This document shows, piece by piece, positions 27,476 to 36,921 of a DNA stretch of 64,000 nucleotides. Both the position numbers and the translations under genes were made by a program. Position 1 is the first letter of the stretch. Each line of letters begins with the position of its first letter. The notes under the pieces are model-generated. The model had not been told where the DNA came from. It searched no databases and saw nothing but the letters and a program-made list of their open reading frames with translations. Source of the stretch: an uncultured bacterium (GTDB lineage Bacteria; Deinococcota; Deinococci; Deinococcales; Trueperaceae); contig CAYXJZ010000005.1 in NCBI GenBank assembly GCA_964465355.1, forward strand, positions 5,504 to 69,503, read 5' to 3'.

Positions 27476-28450
27476 TCAAGGGAGGTCCAGTGCCTGCCGC
27501 CGCTGATGCACGTCCTGGGGGCTGAGCCCAAGACCGCGGACGCTGCCGACCTCGGCAGAGGTGAAGACCTCGAAGCCGCTCGGTGCATCGTCGAGTCCGG
27601 CGACCAGATGGTTCAGCACGGCCGCCACGTCGGTGTCGCTCAGGGCGGCCCAGCCGGGCATGAAGCCGTTGTAGTCGGCGCCGTTCACGGTGATGGGGCC
27701 CTGCATGCCGAAGGCCAGGGTCAGGAGCAGGTGCTCACGGCCGCCTTCGGCCATGGCCACCTCGCCGGCATGGCCGGCCAGCGGCGGGAAGATGCCGGGC
27801 AGACCGGCGCCCGTCGGCTGGTGGCAGGACTGGCAGTTGGCGGCGTAGACGGTCTGACCCAGCGCGCGGTCGAAGTCCAGCTCGGCGGCCGGTGGACCGG
27901 CGGGCTCGTCTTGGGCTGGCGCTTCGGCTGACGCTTCGGCGTCCTGGGCCGCCACCGGGTCCTCGGCATCCTGAGCGACCGCCAAGGGCTCGTCGGCCAG
28001 GTCGAGCTCCACCTCGGCTGCCCCGGCCAGCGGCGGCTCGATGAGCACGCTGCGGTCGGCGGGTGGCACGGCGTCGCCAGGCTCGGCGGGCGCAGGCGCG
28101 TGGGCGTCGTGCCCGACCACCTGGGTCGGGGCCGGCACCACCCGGTTGGCCACCGCGTTGGGCAGGATGAACATGAACGAAAGGCCGACGAAGGTCCCCA
28201 TGGCGATGAGCATCCCGGAGGAGAACAGGCCGGTGTAGAGCTTGTTGTCCTCCTTGAGGTGCATGAAGAACCAGATGACCATCCAGAACTTGACCACCGA
28301 CAAGGCGATCAGCCAGAACATGGTGGCACCCCGGCTCAGCCAGGAGATGTCGTACTCGACGATGGCGAACTCGACGTACGTGATGACGCCGAGGATGAGG
28401 GCGACCACGATGTAGTGGCCCACGCCGTGCTTCTTGTGATCTTCAGCCAT
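27476..28450 (-). CDS. Cytochrome c oxidase subunit IV-like membrane domain fused to a class I cytochrome c domain
   Basis: The N-terminal ~105 aa form three TM helices with the FFMHLKEDNKLY motif of the prokaryotic subunit IV family. A ~95-aa Ala/Pro/Asp/Glu linker follows. The C-terminus has NCQSCHQPTGAGLPGIFPPLAGH ... GFMPGW (CxxCH heme site and distal Met). Confidence 0.85.
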   Translation of the reverse strand: MAEDHKKHGVGHYIVVALILGVITYVEFAIVEYDISWLSRGATMFWLIALSVVKFWMVIWFFMHLKEDNKLYTGLFSSGMLIAMGTFVGLSFMFILPNAVANRVVPAPTQVVGHDAHAPAPAEPGDAVPPADRSVLIEPPLAGAAEVELDLADEPLAVAQDAEDPVAAQDAEASAEAPAQDEPAGPPAAELDFDRALGQTVYAANCQSCHQPTGAGLPGIFPPLAGHAGEVAMAEGGREHLLLTLAFGMQGPITVNGADYNGFMPGWAALSDTDVAAVLNHLVAGLDDAPSGFEVFTSAEVGSVRGLGLSPQDVHQRRQALDLP

Positions 28451-28465
28451 GGCGCTCCTCCTTCC

Positions 28466-29083
28466 TCAGACGAACTCGACGAGGTAGATGACGGTGAAGA
28501 TGACGATCCAGACGATGTCGACGAAGTGCCAGTAGAGGCCTGAGACCTCCAGGTACACCGCATCCTTGCTGGTCCACGGCTTGAAGTAGGAGTGGACGAG
28601 GATGGACAGCAGCCAGATCACGCCGATGGTCACGTGCACACCGTGGGTGCCGGTGAGCACGAAGAAGGTGGTGCCGAAGAGGTTCTGCTGCAGGGTCAGG
28701 CCGACCTGCACGAAGTGGATGAACTCGTAGACCTGGAAGCCGAGGAAGATGGCGCCGAAGAAGGCCACACCGAAGGTCCACAACCTGAACTTGAAGGTGT
28801 CGTCGTGGCGCAGGGCGTGCAGGGCCAGCACCATGAGGAAGGAGGACATCAGCAGCACGAAGGTGCTGACGGTGGTGAGGGGGATGTCGAGCACATCGAG
28901 CGGGTAGGGGCCGACCAGGCTGCGGCCCTTGTAGACCAGGTAGGTCCCGATCAAGGTGCCGAAGAACATGCAGTCCGAGGCCAGGAACACCCACATCATC
29001 AGCTTGATGTCGGGCAGCTTGGTGCTGCGGTAGTGGCCGGTCTCCATGCCGGGGACCGTCGAGACGGCGGGGTGGTGACTCAC
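28466..29083 (-). CDS. ctaE: Cytochrome c oxidase subunit III
   Basis: It has the motifs FFGTLIGTYL, FVLTGTHGVHVTIGV and YWHFVDIVWI. GTG 29083 has GCAGGAGG 7 nt upstream and a GTGA overlap with the ctaD stop. Confidence 0.93.
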   Translation of the reverse strand: MSHHPAVSTVPGMETGHYRSTKLPDIKLMMWVFLASDCMFFGTLIGTYLVYKGRSLVGPYPLDVLDIPLTTVSTFVLLMSSFLMVLALHALRHDDTFKFRLWTFGVAFFGAIFLGFQVYEFIHFVQVGLTLQQNLFGTTFFVLTGTHGVHVTIGVIWLLSILVHSYFKPWTSKDAVYLEVSGLYWHFVDIVWIVIFTVIYLVEFV

Positions 29084-30984
29084 GGCCTTGCCTCCTGCTT
29101 GCCTTTGGGGAACTTGATGTAACCGCCCACGCCCTCCAGGGCCCAGCCGTAGCTGAAGAGGAAGGTGAGGGTGAAGGAGGCGCCGACCACCCACATGTTG
29201 TGGAAGAGCAGCCCGTAGGACAGGGGCAGCAGTGTCAGGGCGGCCAACAGCGGGTACCAGCTCTGACCGGGCAGGTGGATGCCGTTGACGTCGTACGGCT
29301 CCGATGCCGACTCGGGCACCCGCTGGCCGTGCACGCTCTCGGGGTACTTCTGCACCCAGTGGGCGTCGCGGTCGTTGACCACCGGCGTGGTGTCGAAGTC
29401 ATGGTAGGGCGGCGGCGAGGAGATCGACCACTCCAGCGTGCGGCCGTCCCATGGGTCGTTGCCTGCCTTCTTGCCGCGCGCGAAGCCGTGGATGATGTTG
29501 ATGACCAGCAGGATCAGGCCGACGCCCATGACGAAGGCGCCGATGGTGGAGAGCAGGTTCCAGATCTCCAGGCCGATGCCGGGGATGTAGGTCTGGGTGC
29601 GGCGCGGCATGCCGAGCAGGCCGGCGAAGTGCTGCGGCATGAAGATGAGGTGGAAGCCGGGCACCAGGATCCAGAAGGTCAGCTTGCCCAAGCGCTCGTC
29701 CAGCAGCTTGCCCGTCATCTTGGGGAACCAGTAGTAGAGGCCGGCGAAGAAGGAGAGCAAGGCGCCGCCACCCATGACGTAGTGGAAGTGGGCGACCACG
29801 AAGTAGCTGTCCTGCGCCTGGGCGTCGAAGGGCGGCACGGCCAGCATGATGCCGGTGATGCCCCCTAGGGTGAAGGTGATCAGGAAGGCGATGGCGTAGA
29901 GCATCGAGGTGCTGAAGCGCACCTTGCCGCCCCAGATGGTGCCGAGCCAGTTGAAGACCTTGATCCCCGTCGGGATGCCGATGATGAAGCTGGTCAGGGC
30001 GAAGACGGTGTTGACCACGGGGCCGAGGCCGGTGGTGAACATGTGGTGCGTCCACACCGCGAAGCCCATGAAGCCGATGAAGATGCCCGAGAGGATGACC
30101 ACCGGGTAGCCGAACAGCGGCTTGCGCGAGAAGGTGGGGATGACCTCGGAGATGACCCCGAAGGCGGGCAGGATGATGATGTAGACCTCCGGGTGCCCGA
30201 AGATCCAGAACAGGTGCTGCCACAGGATGGGCATCGCCCCGGCCAGCGGCTCGTAGAACAGGGTGCCGAAGGTGCGGTCCATGATGACCTGGAACAGCGC
30301 GATGGTCAGCGGCGGGAAGGCGAAGATGATCAGGAAGCTGGTGACCAGCATCATCCAGGTGAACACCGGCATGCGCATGAAGGTCATGCCGGGCGCCCGC
30401 AGGTTGACGATGGTGACGATGATGTTCATGGCCGTCACCAGCGTGCCGATGCCGCTGATGAACAGGCCGATCATGTAGAAGTCGGTGCCGTTGCCAGGGT
30501 TGTTCGACAGCGAGGTGAGCGGCGAGTAGGCGAACCAGCCCACGTCGGGCGCGCCGCCGAGGAAGAAGCTGCTGTAGATGAAGATCCCGCCGACCAGGTA
30601 GACCCAGTAGCCGAAGGCGTTGAGCCGGGGGAAGGCGAGGTCGCGTGCGCCGATCTGCAGCACCACGAAGTAGTTGGCGAAACCGATGCCCATGGGCATG
30701 ATCGCAAGGAACACCATGGTGACGCCGTGCATGGTGAAGAGCTGGTTGTAGAAGTCCGGGCTGACAAGGGTGTTGTCAGGCACGATGAGCTGCAGCCGGA
30801 TGAGGAAGGCCTCGATGCTGCCGAGCACAAGGAAGAAGAAGCTGCTGAGGATGTAGAGGATGCCGAGGCGCTTGTGGTCGACCGTGGTCAGCCAGCTGCC
30901 GATGCCCGTGGTCCAGGTGGGGCGACGGAGCAGGCCGGCGGGGCCGGCCACGGGGACTGCGGCTTCGTTACTGGCCGCCGACAT
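29080..30984 (-). CDS. ctaD: Cytochrome c oxidase subunit I
   Basis: 634 aa with the motifs WFFGHPEVYIIILPAFG-like (LFWIFGHPEVYIIILPAFG), HHMF and VAHFHYVM. Confidence 0.97.
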   Translation of the reverse strand: MSAASNEAAVPVAGPAGLLRRPTWTTGIGSWLTTVDHKRLGILYILSSFFFLVLGSIEAFLIRLQLIVPDNTLVSPDFYNQLFTMHGVTMVFLAIMPMGIGFANYFVVLQIGARDLAFPRLNAFGYWVYLVGGIFIYSSFFLGGAPDVGWFAYSPLTSLSNNPGNGTDFYMIGLFISGIGTLVTAMNIIVTIVNLRAPGMTFMRMPVFTWMMLVTSFLIIFAFPPLTIALFQVIMDRTFGTLFYEPLAGAMPILWQHLFWIFGHPEVYIIILPAFGVISEVIPTFSRKPLFGYPVVILSGIFIGFMGFAVWTHHMFTTGLGPVVNTVFALTSFIIGIPTGIKVFNWLGTIWGGKVRFSTSMLYAIAFLITFTLGGITGIMLAVPPFDAQAQDSYFVVAHFHYVMGGGALLSFFAGLYYWFPKMTGKLLDERLGKLTFWILVPGFHLIFMPQHFAGLLGMPRRTQTYIPGIGLEIWNLLSTIGAFVMGVGLILLVINIIHGFARGKKAGNDPWDGRTLEWSISSPPPYHDFDTTPVVNDRDAHWVQKYPESVHGQRVPESASEPYDVNGIHLPGQSWYPLLAALTLLPLSYGLLFHNMWVVGASFTLTFLFSYGWALEGVGGYIKFPKGKQEARP

Positions 30985-32074
30985 GCAGACCTCCTTGGGT
31001 GGCGCCGTTCGTGCCCAGGCTCAGGAGGTAGGCCACGATGGCCTCGATCTCTTCCTCGCGGTTGGGGTCGTTGGCTTGCCAGAGCGTGGGCATGCGGTTG
31101 CCTGGCTTGAGGGCCTGCGGGTCGCGCAGCCAGTCGGCCAGGTGTTCGGGGGTGTTGGTGCGGATGGCGGCGACGATGGTGGTCCGCATGCCGTAGTTCG
31201 TGAGGTTGGGGAAGGCTGGGCTGCCGAACCTGACGCCGGGCATGTAGCCGTCGATGGTGTGGCAACCGACGCAGCCCTTGGCGGCGACCAGCTGGTGGCC
31301 GCGCTGGATCAGGGGGTCGACGGCCACCGGCTGCTCGCTGGCCGTCTGGAAGGATTGCACCCAGGCGTCGAATTCCTGGTCGTCGTAGGCGATCACCCTG
31401 AAGCGCATGTAGGCGTGCGCACCGAGGCAGTGCTCGGCGCACTGACCGTAGTAGACGCCCGGCTCGTCGGCGATGAACCACACCTGGTTGTCCTGGTTGG
31501 GGATCATGTCGCGCTTGCCGGCCAGGTTGGGCACCCAGAAGCTGTGCAGCACGTCGGCCGAGTCGAGCTGCACGATCACGCGGCGTCCCGCCGGGATGAT
31601 GAGCTCGCTGGAGGTGGTGATGCCGTACTCGGGGTACTCGAAGGCGAACCACCACTGTTGGCCGGTGGCGTGGATGACCACGTCGTCTGCGCCGATCTGG
31701 TTGGGCAGGATGATCTGCTCCGTGGCGAAGATGGTGCGCACCGTCGGCACCGCCACCAGCACCACCAGGATGATGGGGATCAGGGTCCAGACGATCTCCA
31801 CGTTGGTGTTGCCGTGCGTCTGGTGGGGGATCGACTTGGCGTCCTTCTCGCTCTTGATGCGGCCTCGGTAGAGCGCGTAGATCAACGCCCCAACCACCAG
31901 GGCGATGACAGGGAGGCTCAACCAGTAGGTCCACATGAACAGGTCGAGCTGCTGTTGCGCTACGGGTCCGCGGGGTGACATCGCGCTCTGGGGGCCAGAG
32001 AAATCACAGGCCACCAGCAGCAACATCAACACCGCCACGCTTAGGCTCGCGCGGAGCCAACCTCTCACTTGCAC
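30968..32074 (-). CDS. ctaC: Cytochrome c oxidase subunit II with C-terminal cytochrome c domain (caa3 type), lipoprotein
   Basis: The lipobox is LLLVAC-D. The CuA site is HSFWVP ... CAEHCLGAHAYM. The C-terminal heme site is GCVGCH. GTG start with GAGGAGGG upstream. Confidence 0.95.
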   Translation of the reverse strand: MQVRGWLRASLSVAVLMLLLVACDFSGPQSAMSPRGPVAQQQLDLFMWTYWLSLPVIALVVGALIYALYRGRIKSEKDAKSIPHQTHGNTNVEIVWTLIPIILVVLVAVPTVRTIFATEQIILPNQIGADDVVIHATGQQWWFAFEYPEYGITTSSELIIPAGRRVIVQLDSADVLHSFWVPNLAGKRDMIPNQDNQVWFIADEPGVYYGQCAEHCLGAHAYMRFRVIAYDDQEFDAWVQSFQTASEQPVAVDPLIQRGHQLVAAKGCVGCHTIDGYMPGVRFGSPAFPNLTNYGMRTTIVAAIRTNTPEHLADWLRDPQALKPGNRMPTLWQANDPNREEEIEAIVAYLLSLGTNGATQGGLHVGGQ

Positions 32075-32251
32075 TCGTCGTCCCTCCTCGTCGTGATCGC
32101 AGGGCCCTCCAAGGAGGCCGGCAGCACCCTACGCACTAAGGTCCGGGGCGGCGGATGCCGTCCCGAACCCCTTCGATGGGCCAGGCTAGCATGGGCGCGC
32201 GATGAGACTGTGCGCGATTGTGCTCGTGTCGTGCACTGCCACCGATGGTGC

Positions 32252-33841
32252 TCAACCAGGGGCACTGGCCGCTGCCCATCCGTCTGCGCCGAAGGGATCG
32301 AGCCGGTAGGCAAGGGCCTCGGCCAGGTGGGGCAGGTCGACCTGCTCGGCGTCGCCCAGGTCGGCGAGGGTGCGGGCCACGCGTCTGAGACGGTCGACGC
32401 CGCGGGCGGATGGGCGGGCCCGGTTGCCCGCGTGGTCCGCGCTCCCCTGCTCGCCGCCAGCGGCCACCTTGGCCAGCAGCGCCTGCGCCGCCGGTGTCAT
32501 GCGGCTGTGGTCCTCGAGCATCCCGCCCGCCAGGCGGGCGTTCTCCACGCCTTGGCGCAGCAGCGCACGGGAGCGGGCCATCGCCACCCGTTCCCTCACC
32601 ACCGCGCTGGGATCGCCCCGCGGCGGCCCGCCGAGGTCGTCACCGGCGACCCGCGGCAGCAACAGCCGCAGGTCGAAGCGATCGAGCAGGGGGCCGCTGA
32701 GCCGTCCCTGGTAGCGCTGCCGGTCACGCGGATGGCAGCGGCACGGCAGCTCCGGATCGCCTGCGTGGCCACAGGGGCAGGGGTTCATGGCGGCCACCAA
32801 GGTGAAGCGCGCAGGGTAGCGGCGCCGTTGGCCTGCCCGGATCAACTCCACCGCGCCTTCCTCGAGGGGCTGCCGCAGGCCTTCCAGCGCCGGTCTCGAC
32901 CACTCGGGCAGCTCGTCCATGAACAGCACGCCGCCGTGCGCGAAGCTCACCTCGCCCGGCCTCATGGCCGGCCCGCCGCCCAGCAGGCCGGCCTCAGACC
33001 CGCTGTGGTGCGGGGCGCGGAACGGCGGTTGGCGGACCAGGCCGTCGATGCGAGCACCCGCGGCCGAGCGCAGCAGGGTGGCGGTCCAGGCGCTGTCGTC
33101 GTCGAGCGGCGGCCACAGTCCAGGCAGGCAACGCGCCAACAGCGACTTGCCGCAGCCGGGTGGGCCCACCAGCAGCAGGCTGTGGCCGCCGGCAGCGCTC
33201 ACCTCCAAGGCCCTGCGGGCCAGCGGCTGCCCGCGCACCTCGGCCAGGTCGGGTGGTGGTTGCGCGGCCGCCTTGGCCGCCGAGGGTGCGGCAACGGCCG
33301 TTGCCGGTGTGCCGGTCACCGCAGGCAGGTCGACCCCGCGGCACCAGCGGATGGCCTCGGCCAAGTCGCTTGGGGTGACCACCTCGACACCGGTCACCAG
33401 CCGCGCCTCGGCGGCGTTCTCGGGTGGGACCATGACCCACCGCAGGCCGAGGCGGCGGGCCAGCATGGCCGCGGCAAGGGCGCCGGGCACGGCGCGCAGC
33501 CGGCCGTCCAGCGCCAGCTCGGCCACCACCACGGAAGCGCTCAGCCGCGTTGAGGGCAGCTTGCGTTGCGCGGCCAGGACCGTGAGGGCGATGGGCAGGT
33601 CGTAGGCGGGGCCGGCCTTGCGCAGGTCGGCGGGCGCCAGGTTGACGGTGATGCGCGAGGGCGGCAAGGGCAGGCCGAGGTGCTTGAGGGCGGCTCTGAC
33701 GCGCTCGCGCGACTCCTGCACAGCGGTGTCACCTAGGCCGACCAGGTGGAGGGCTGGCAGGCCGCCGGCCACCAGCGCCTCGACCGTGACGGCGGCCGGT
33801 TCGAGGCCCAACAGGCTGCAGGACGTGGTGGTGGCGTGCAT
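32252..33841 (-). CDS. comM: YifB/ComM family Mg-chelatase-like ATPase
   Basis: It has an N-terminal Lon-protease-like domain (VVGLGDTAVQESRERVRAAL), a Walker A motif GPPGCGKS, and GGVLFMDELPEW. Confidence 0.93.
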   Translation of the reverse strand: MHATTTSCSLLGLEPAAVTVEALVAGGLPALHLVGLGDTAVQESRERVRAALKHLGLPLPPSRITVNLAPADLRKAGPAYDLPIALTVLAAQRKLPSTRLSASVVVAELALDGRLRAVPGALAAAMLARRLGLRWVMVPPENAAEARLVTGVEVVTPSDLAEAIRWCRGVDLPAVTGTPATAVAAPSAAKAAAQPPPDLAEVRGQPLARRALEVSAAGGHSLLLVGPPGCGKSLLARCLPGLWPPLDDDSAWTATLLRSAAGARIDGLVRQPPFRAPHHSGSEAGLLGGGPAMRPGEVSFAHGGVLFMDELPEWSRPALEGLRQPLEEGAVELIRAGQRRRYPARFTLVAAMNPCPCGHAGDPELPCRCHPRDRQRYQGRLSGPLLDRFDLRLLLPRVAGDDLGGPPRGDPSAVVRERVAMARSRALLRQGVENARLAGGMLEDHSRMTPAAQALLAKVAAGGEQGSADHAGNRARPSARGVDRLRRVARTLADLGDAEQVDLPHLAEALAYRLDPFGADGWAAASAPG

Positions 33842-34135
33842 GAGCCCAGTCTGAGGTCAGGCAAGGGGCGGGCGGCGCCGGGTTGGGCAAGGGCCAAGAG
33901 GCGTTGGGCACGTGCCGGGACGCCCGGCGTCGCGGCCGGCAGGCCCCAGGTTCCCAGACGTCGAAAAGTCGCGTCTTAGACGCTGCACATCGGGCTCAGC
34001 TTGGTGGCCTCGATACTTCGGATGCAGCCAGGCACCTGGAACTCAGGGCCCAGATCGCCGAAGTCGGCGGGAGGGGCTTAGGGGTGCCTGCTCGGGGATC
34101 CGGTACCAGCACACGGACCCACGGAGGACATCATC

Positions 34136-34873
34136 ATGGCCAAGAAGCTCCGCACCCTCACCCTACTGCTGGCCGTCTCGTTGGCCCTCTCTGCCTGCGG
34201 ACTGATCAACCGCCTCGTCCCTGACCACGAGGTCGCGGACGGCGTGATGGGCATCGGCGCCGCCGGCATGCCGGTCACCCTCAGCGGCAGCCCACTGCCC
34301 AGCGACCTTGCCTCACCCAACGCGCCAGGCGACACCACCACCTTCGTCGCCGAGTTCGACGTGCCGGAGGAAGTCATCGACGCCGTCGCGGGACTGCCCG
34401 GCTTCGTGCAGGCCTCGGGGATCGAAGAGACCATCACCTTGGACGACGAGGTCCAGGTGGTCTTCGCCGGTGAGTTCGCCGACGCAGCCGACCTGCACCC
34501 CGACCATCTGGCGTTCACCCTCACTGCCCTGCACGTCAGTGGCCACCTGACCATCGACGACAACCAGTTCAACCTGCCGCCCGTCAGCGAGGCCGGCCTG
34601 AACGTGACCTTCAGCGATCCGACGGCCTTCAGCTACGACGCTGACGCCAACGCCACCACCGTCACCTACGCCACCGCCAGCGGCCTTCCCGAGTTGGACA
34701 TCGACTTCGGCGACAACTCGCAGCTGCTTCAGGCCTTCAGTGACCTGGTCAAGGACGGCGGCTCCTTGACCGCCCACCTGCGCATCGAGGCCACCTTGTC
34801 CACGCCCGGCCTGCCGGCTTCCGCCGACATCATCGTCAACCTGCGCTCGCTTGGGGCGACGATCAGCTTCTGA
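34136..34873 (+). CDS. Lipoprotein, paralog A (unknown family)
   Basis: 245 aa with lipobox LSAC-G. It shares the IEETITLDDEVQVVF core and a C-terminal SLGATI(S/E)F with the next gene. Confidence 0.8.
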   Translation: MAKKLRTLTLLLAVSLALSACGLINRLVPDHEVADGVMGIGAAGMPVTLSGSPLPSDLASPNAPGDTTTFVAEFDVPEEVIDAVAGLPGFVQASGIEETITLDDEVQVVFAGEFADAADLHPDHLAFTLTALHVSGHLTIDDNQFNLPPVSEAGLNVTFSDPTAFSYDADANATTVTYATASGLPELDIDFGDNSQLLQAFSDLVKDGGSLTAHLRIEATLSTPGLPASADIIVNLRSLGATISF

Positions 34874-34898
34874 GTCGAGTCTCTCGCTCGGCCGCAGT

Positions 34899-34931
34899 CC
34901 CCCGGCACCTACCAACCTCAGATGCCGGGGG
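34899..34931 (+). terminator. Hairpin after lipoprotein A
   Basis: CCCCCGGCA (34899-34907), 15-nt loop, TGCCGGGGG (34923-34931). Confidence 0.4.
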
Positions 34932-35136
34932 CCTTCACGTGATGCCCAGGAGCAGGGGAGCATGGACTCGATCACCCTGCACCATGGGCGAGGGGTGTGG
35001 GTCACAACCCCGTAAGAGCGTGGACCCGATAATCCTGATTGGATCGGTGGCGGCAGCCCTGCAGGCCTGACGGGTGTCTCGGAAGACGCTTCGGCGTGGC
35101 CTCGGCATCATCCACCGACAAGAAGGAGATGGTCCC

Positions 35137-35868
35137 GTGGTCAAGCAACTCCGTTCGCTCGTCCTGCTCTCGGCAGCCTCGCTGTTGCTCGCGGCCTGTG
35201 GTGCGCTCAACGCTTTCATCCCCGACCAAGAGGTGCCGGGCGGCGTGCTCGGCTTCGGCGAGGATGGCCAGGTCGTCGAGTTCGGGGCGGAAGCCTCCCC
35301 CAGCGGCCTGCTGACGCCTAGCGCGATGGGCGACTCCACCACCTTCGTAGCGCAGATCCAGTTGGGGCACGAGTTCGACCCCCCGGAAGAAGACATCCCC
35401 AACTGGGTCCAGATCGGTGGGATCGAGGAGACGATCACCCTGGACGATGAGGTCCAAGTGGTGTTCGTCGGTGACTTCACGATCGACACCCTGCCTGAGG
35501 AGTACAGCAGCTTCACGCTCGTTGGTCTGCAACTCTCAGCCCAGCTCAGCATCTCTGGCAGCGTCGTCTACAGCAGCCCGACCTACGGTGCCGGTGCTCT
35601 GTCGGTGGTGTTCGGCGGTGCGCAGGTCGTCGCCTCCGGTGCGGGTACCACCACCGTGAGCTACACCACCGTCAGCAACCTCCCCAGGATCGACGTCGAC
35701 CTCAGCCAAAGCAAGCCCCTGCTGCAGCAGCTCACCAACCTGGTCAAGCACGGCGGCGGCTTGGTTGCCGACATCACCCTCACGGCCGAGCTGTTCGAGC
35801 CTGGCCTGCCCTCGGACGCTGCCATCCTCGTCACCGTCAAGTCCTTGGGGGCCACGATCGAGTTCTGA
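35137..35868 (+). CDS. Lipoprotein, paralog B (unknown family)
   Basis: The GTG start at 35137 is 8 nt after AAGGAG. The lipobox is LAAC-G. It is collinear with paralog A along its whole length. Confidence 0.8.
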   Translation: MVKQLRSLVLLSAASLLLAACGALNAFIPDQEVPGGVLGFGEDGQVVEFGAEASPSGLLTPSAMGDSTTFVAQIQLGHEFDPPEEDIPNWVQIGGIEETITLDDEVQVVFVGDFTIDTLPEEYSSFTLVGLQLSAQLSISGSVVYSSPTYGAGALSVVFGGAQVVASGAGTTTVSYTTVSNLPRIDVDLSQSKPLLQQLTNLVKHGGGLVADITLTAELFEPGLPSDAAILVTVKSLGATIEF

Positions 35869-35909
35869 GATCTCGAACTGCTCGCCCCCACATGCGGGGC
35901 GTCAGCCAA

Positions 35910-35942
35910 GGAGCCCGCGGACTGGCGTCGTCCGCGGGCTCC
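35910..35942. terminator. Bidirectional terminator (13-bp perfect stem) between lipoprotein B and degV
   Basis: GGAGCCCGCGGAC (35910-35922), loop tggcgtc, GTCCGCGGGCTCC (35930-35942), followed by TCCCTCTTT. Confidence 0.6.
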
Positions 35943-35956
35943 TCCCTCTTTCGCCT

Positions 35957-36802
35957 TCAGCGATTGTGCGCGTAGACAGCGAAGGTGCCCGGCCCGGTAT
36001 GGGCCGAGATGACCGCGCCGATCTCCACCAGCTCACCCTTGGTGAAGGGGATGCCCGCATCCCGCACCGCCTGCTCGAGCGTCTTGGCCGCCTCTGGGTC
36101 CTGCACGTGCAGGAAGTCCAGCACCAGCTCGCCCGGGTGGGCGGCGATGTGGGCCCTGAGGCGCTCCACCATCTCAGCGATGGCCTTCTTCGTGCCCCTT
36201 GCCCTGGCAGCAGGCACGATCTTGCCCTCCTCCAAGGTCAGGATGGGCTTGATGTTCAGCAGGCCGCCGAGCAGCGCAGACGCCCGGCCGACGCGCCCGC
36301 CCTTCTGCAGGAACTCGAGGCCGCCTACGGTGAACAGCACCGTCATGTGCGGCTTCATCGACTCCAGCTTGGCCACGATGGTGGCTAGGTCGGCACCTTC
36401 GGCCCGCATCTGCACCGCCCGCCGCACCAGCGCGCTGATGCCGGCGCTGGCCTGGCGGCTGTCGACGATGGACACCGGCAGGGGCGAGTCCTTGGCGGCC
36501 AGGTTGGCCGATTGGTAGGTGCCGGACAGTTCGCCTGAGATGGTGACCACCAGGACCTCGGTGGCGCCGGTAGCGGCGGCGTCCTGGTAGGCCTTGCCGA
36601 AGTCGGCTGGGCTGGGCTGGCTGGTGGTGGGCAGGTCGGCCCCGCCCTGGACGCCTCGGATGATGTCGGCAGGCGTGATGTCCAACCAGTCGCGGTGCGT
36701 CTGGCCCTGGAAGTGCACGTTCAGCGCCACGCGCATGACGTTCAGGCTCTGCAGTTGCTCGGCGCTGAGGTCGGAGGTCGAATCGGTGATGATGGCCAGC
36801 AT
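35957..36802 (-). CDS. DegV family fatty-acid-binding protein
   Basis: It begins MLAIITDSTSDL and has TSQPSP and ISGELSGTYQSA motifs. GGAAGGAG lies upstream of ATG 36802. Confidence 0.92.
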   Translation of the reverse strand: MLAIITDSTSDLSAEQLQSLNVMRVALNVHFQGQTHRDWLDITPADIIRGVQGGADLPTTSQPSPADFGKAYQDAAATGATEVLVVTISGELSGTYQSANLAAKDSPLPVSIVDSRQASAGISALVRRAVQMRAEGADLATIVAKLESMKPHMTVLFTVGGLEFLQKGGRVGRASALLGGLLNIKPILTLEEGKIVPAARARGTKKAIAEMVERLRAHIAAHPGELVLDFLHVQDPEAAKTLEQAVRDAGIPFTKGELVEIGAVISAHTGPGTFAVYAHNR

Positions 36803-36921
36803 GCATGCTCCTTCCGTCCGGTGCAGCGGGTCGAGCCCGCGTCGTACCGGAGGTGTGAGGTGAAGCGGGATTCCCGCTAGCGTAGCAGAGTCGCCCCAGA
36901 GGGCCGCGAGGAGGCCGGATC

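Noticed and set aside
32069-33553. 494-aa + strand ORF
   Set aside because: It is antisense to comM, which has a clear Walker A motif and Lon-like motifs. Its composition is Arg/Ala/Gly/Pro-rich.
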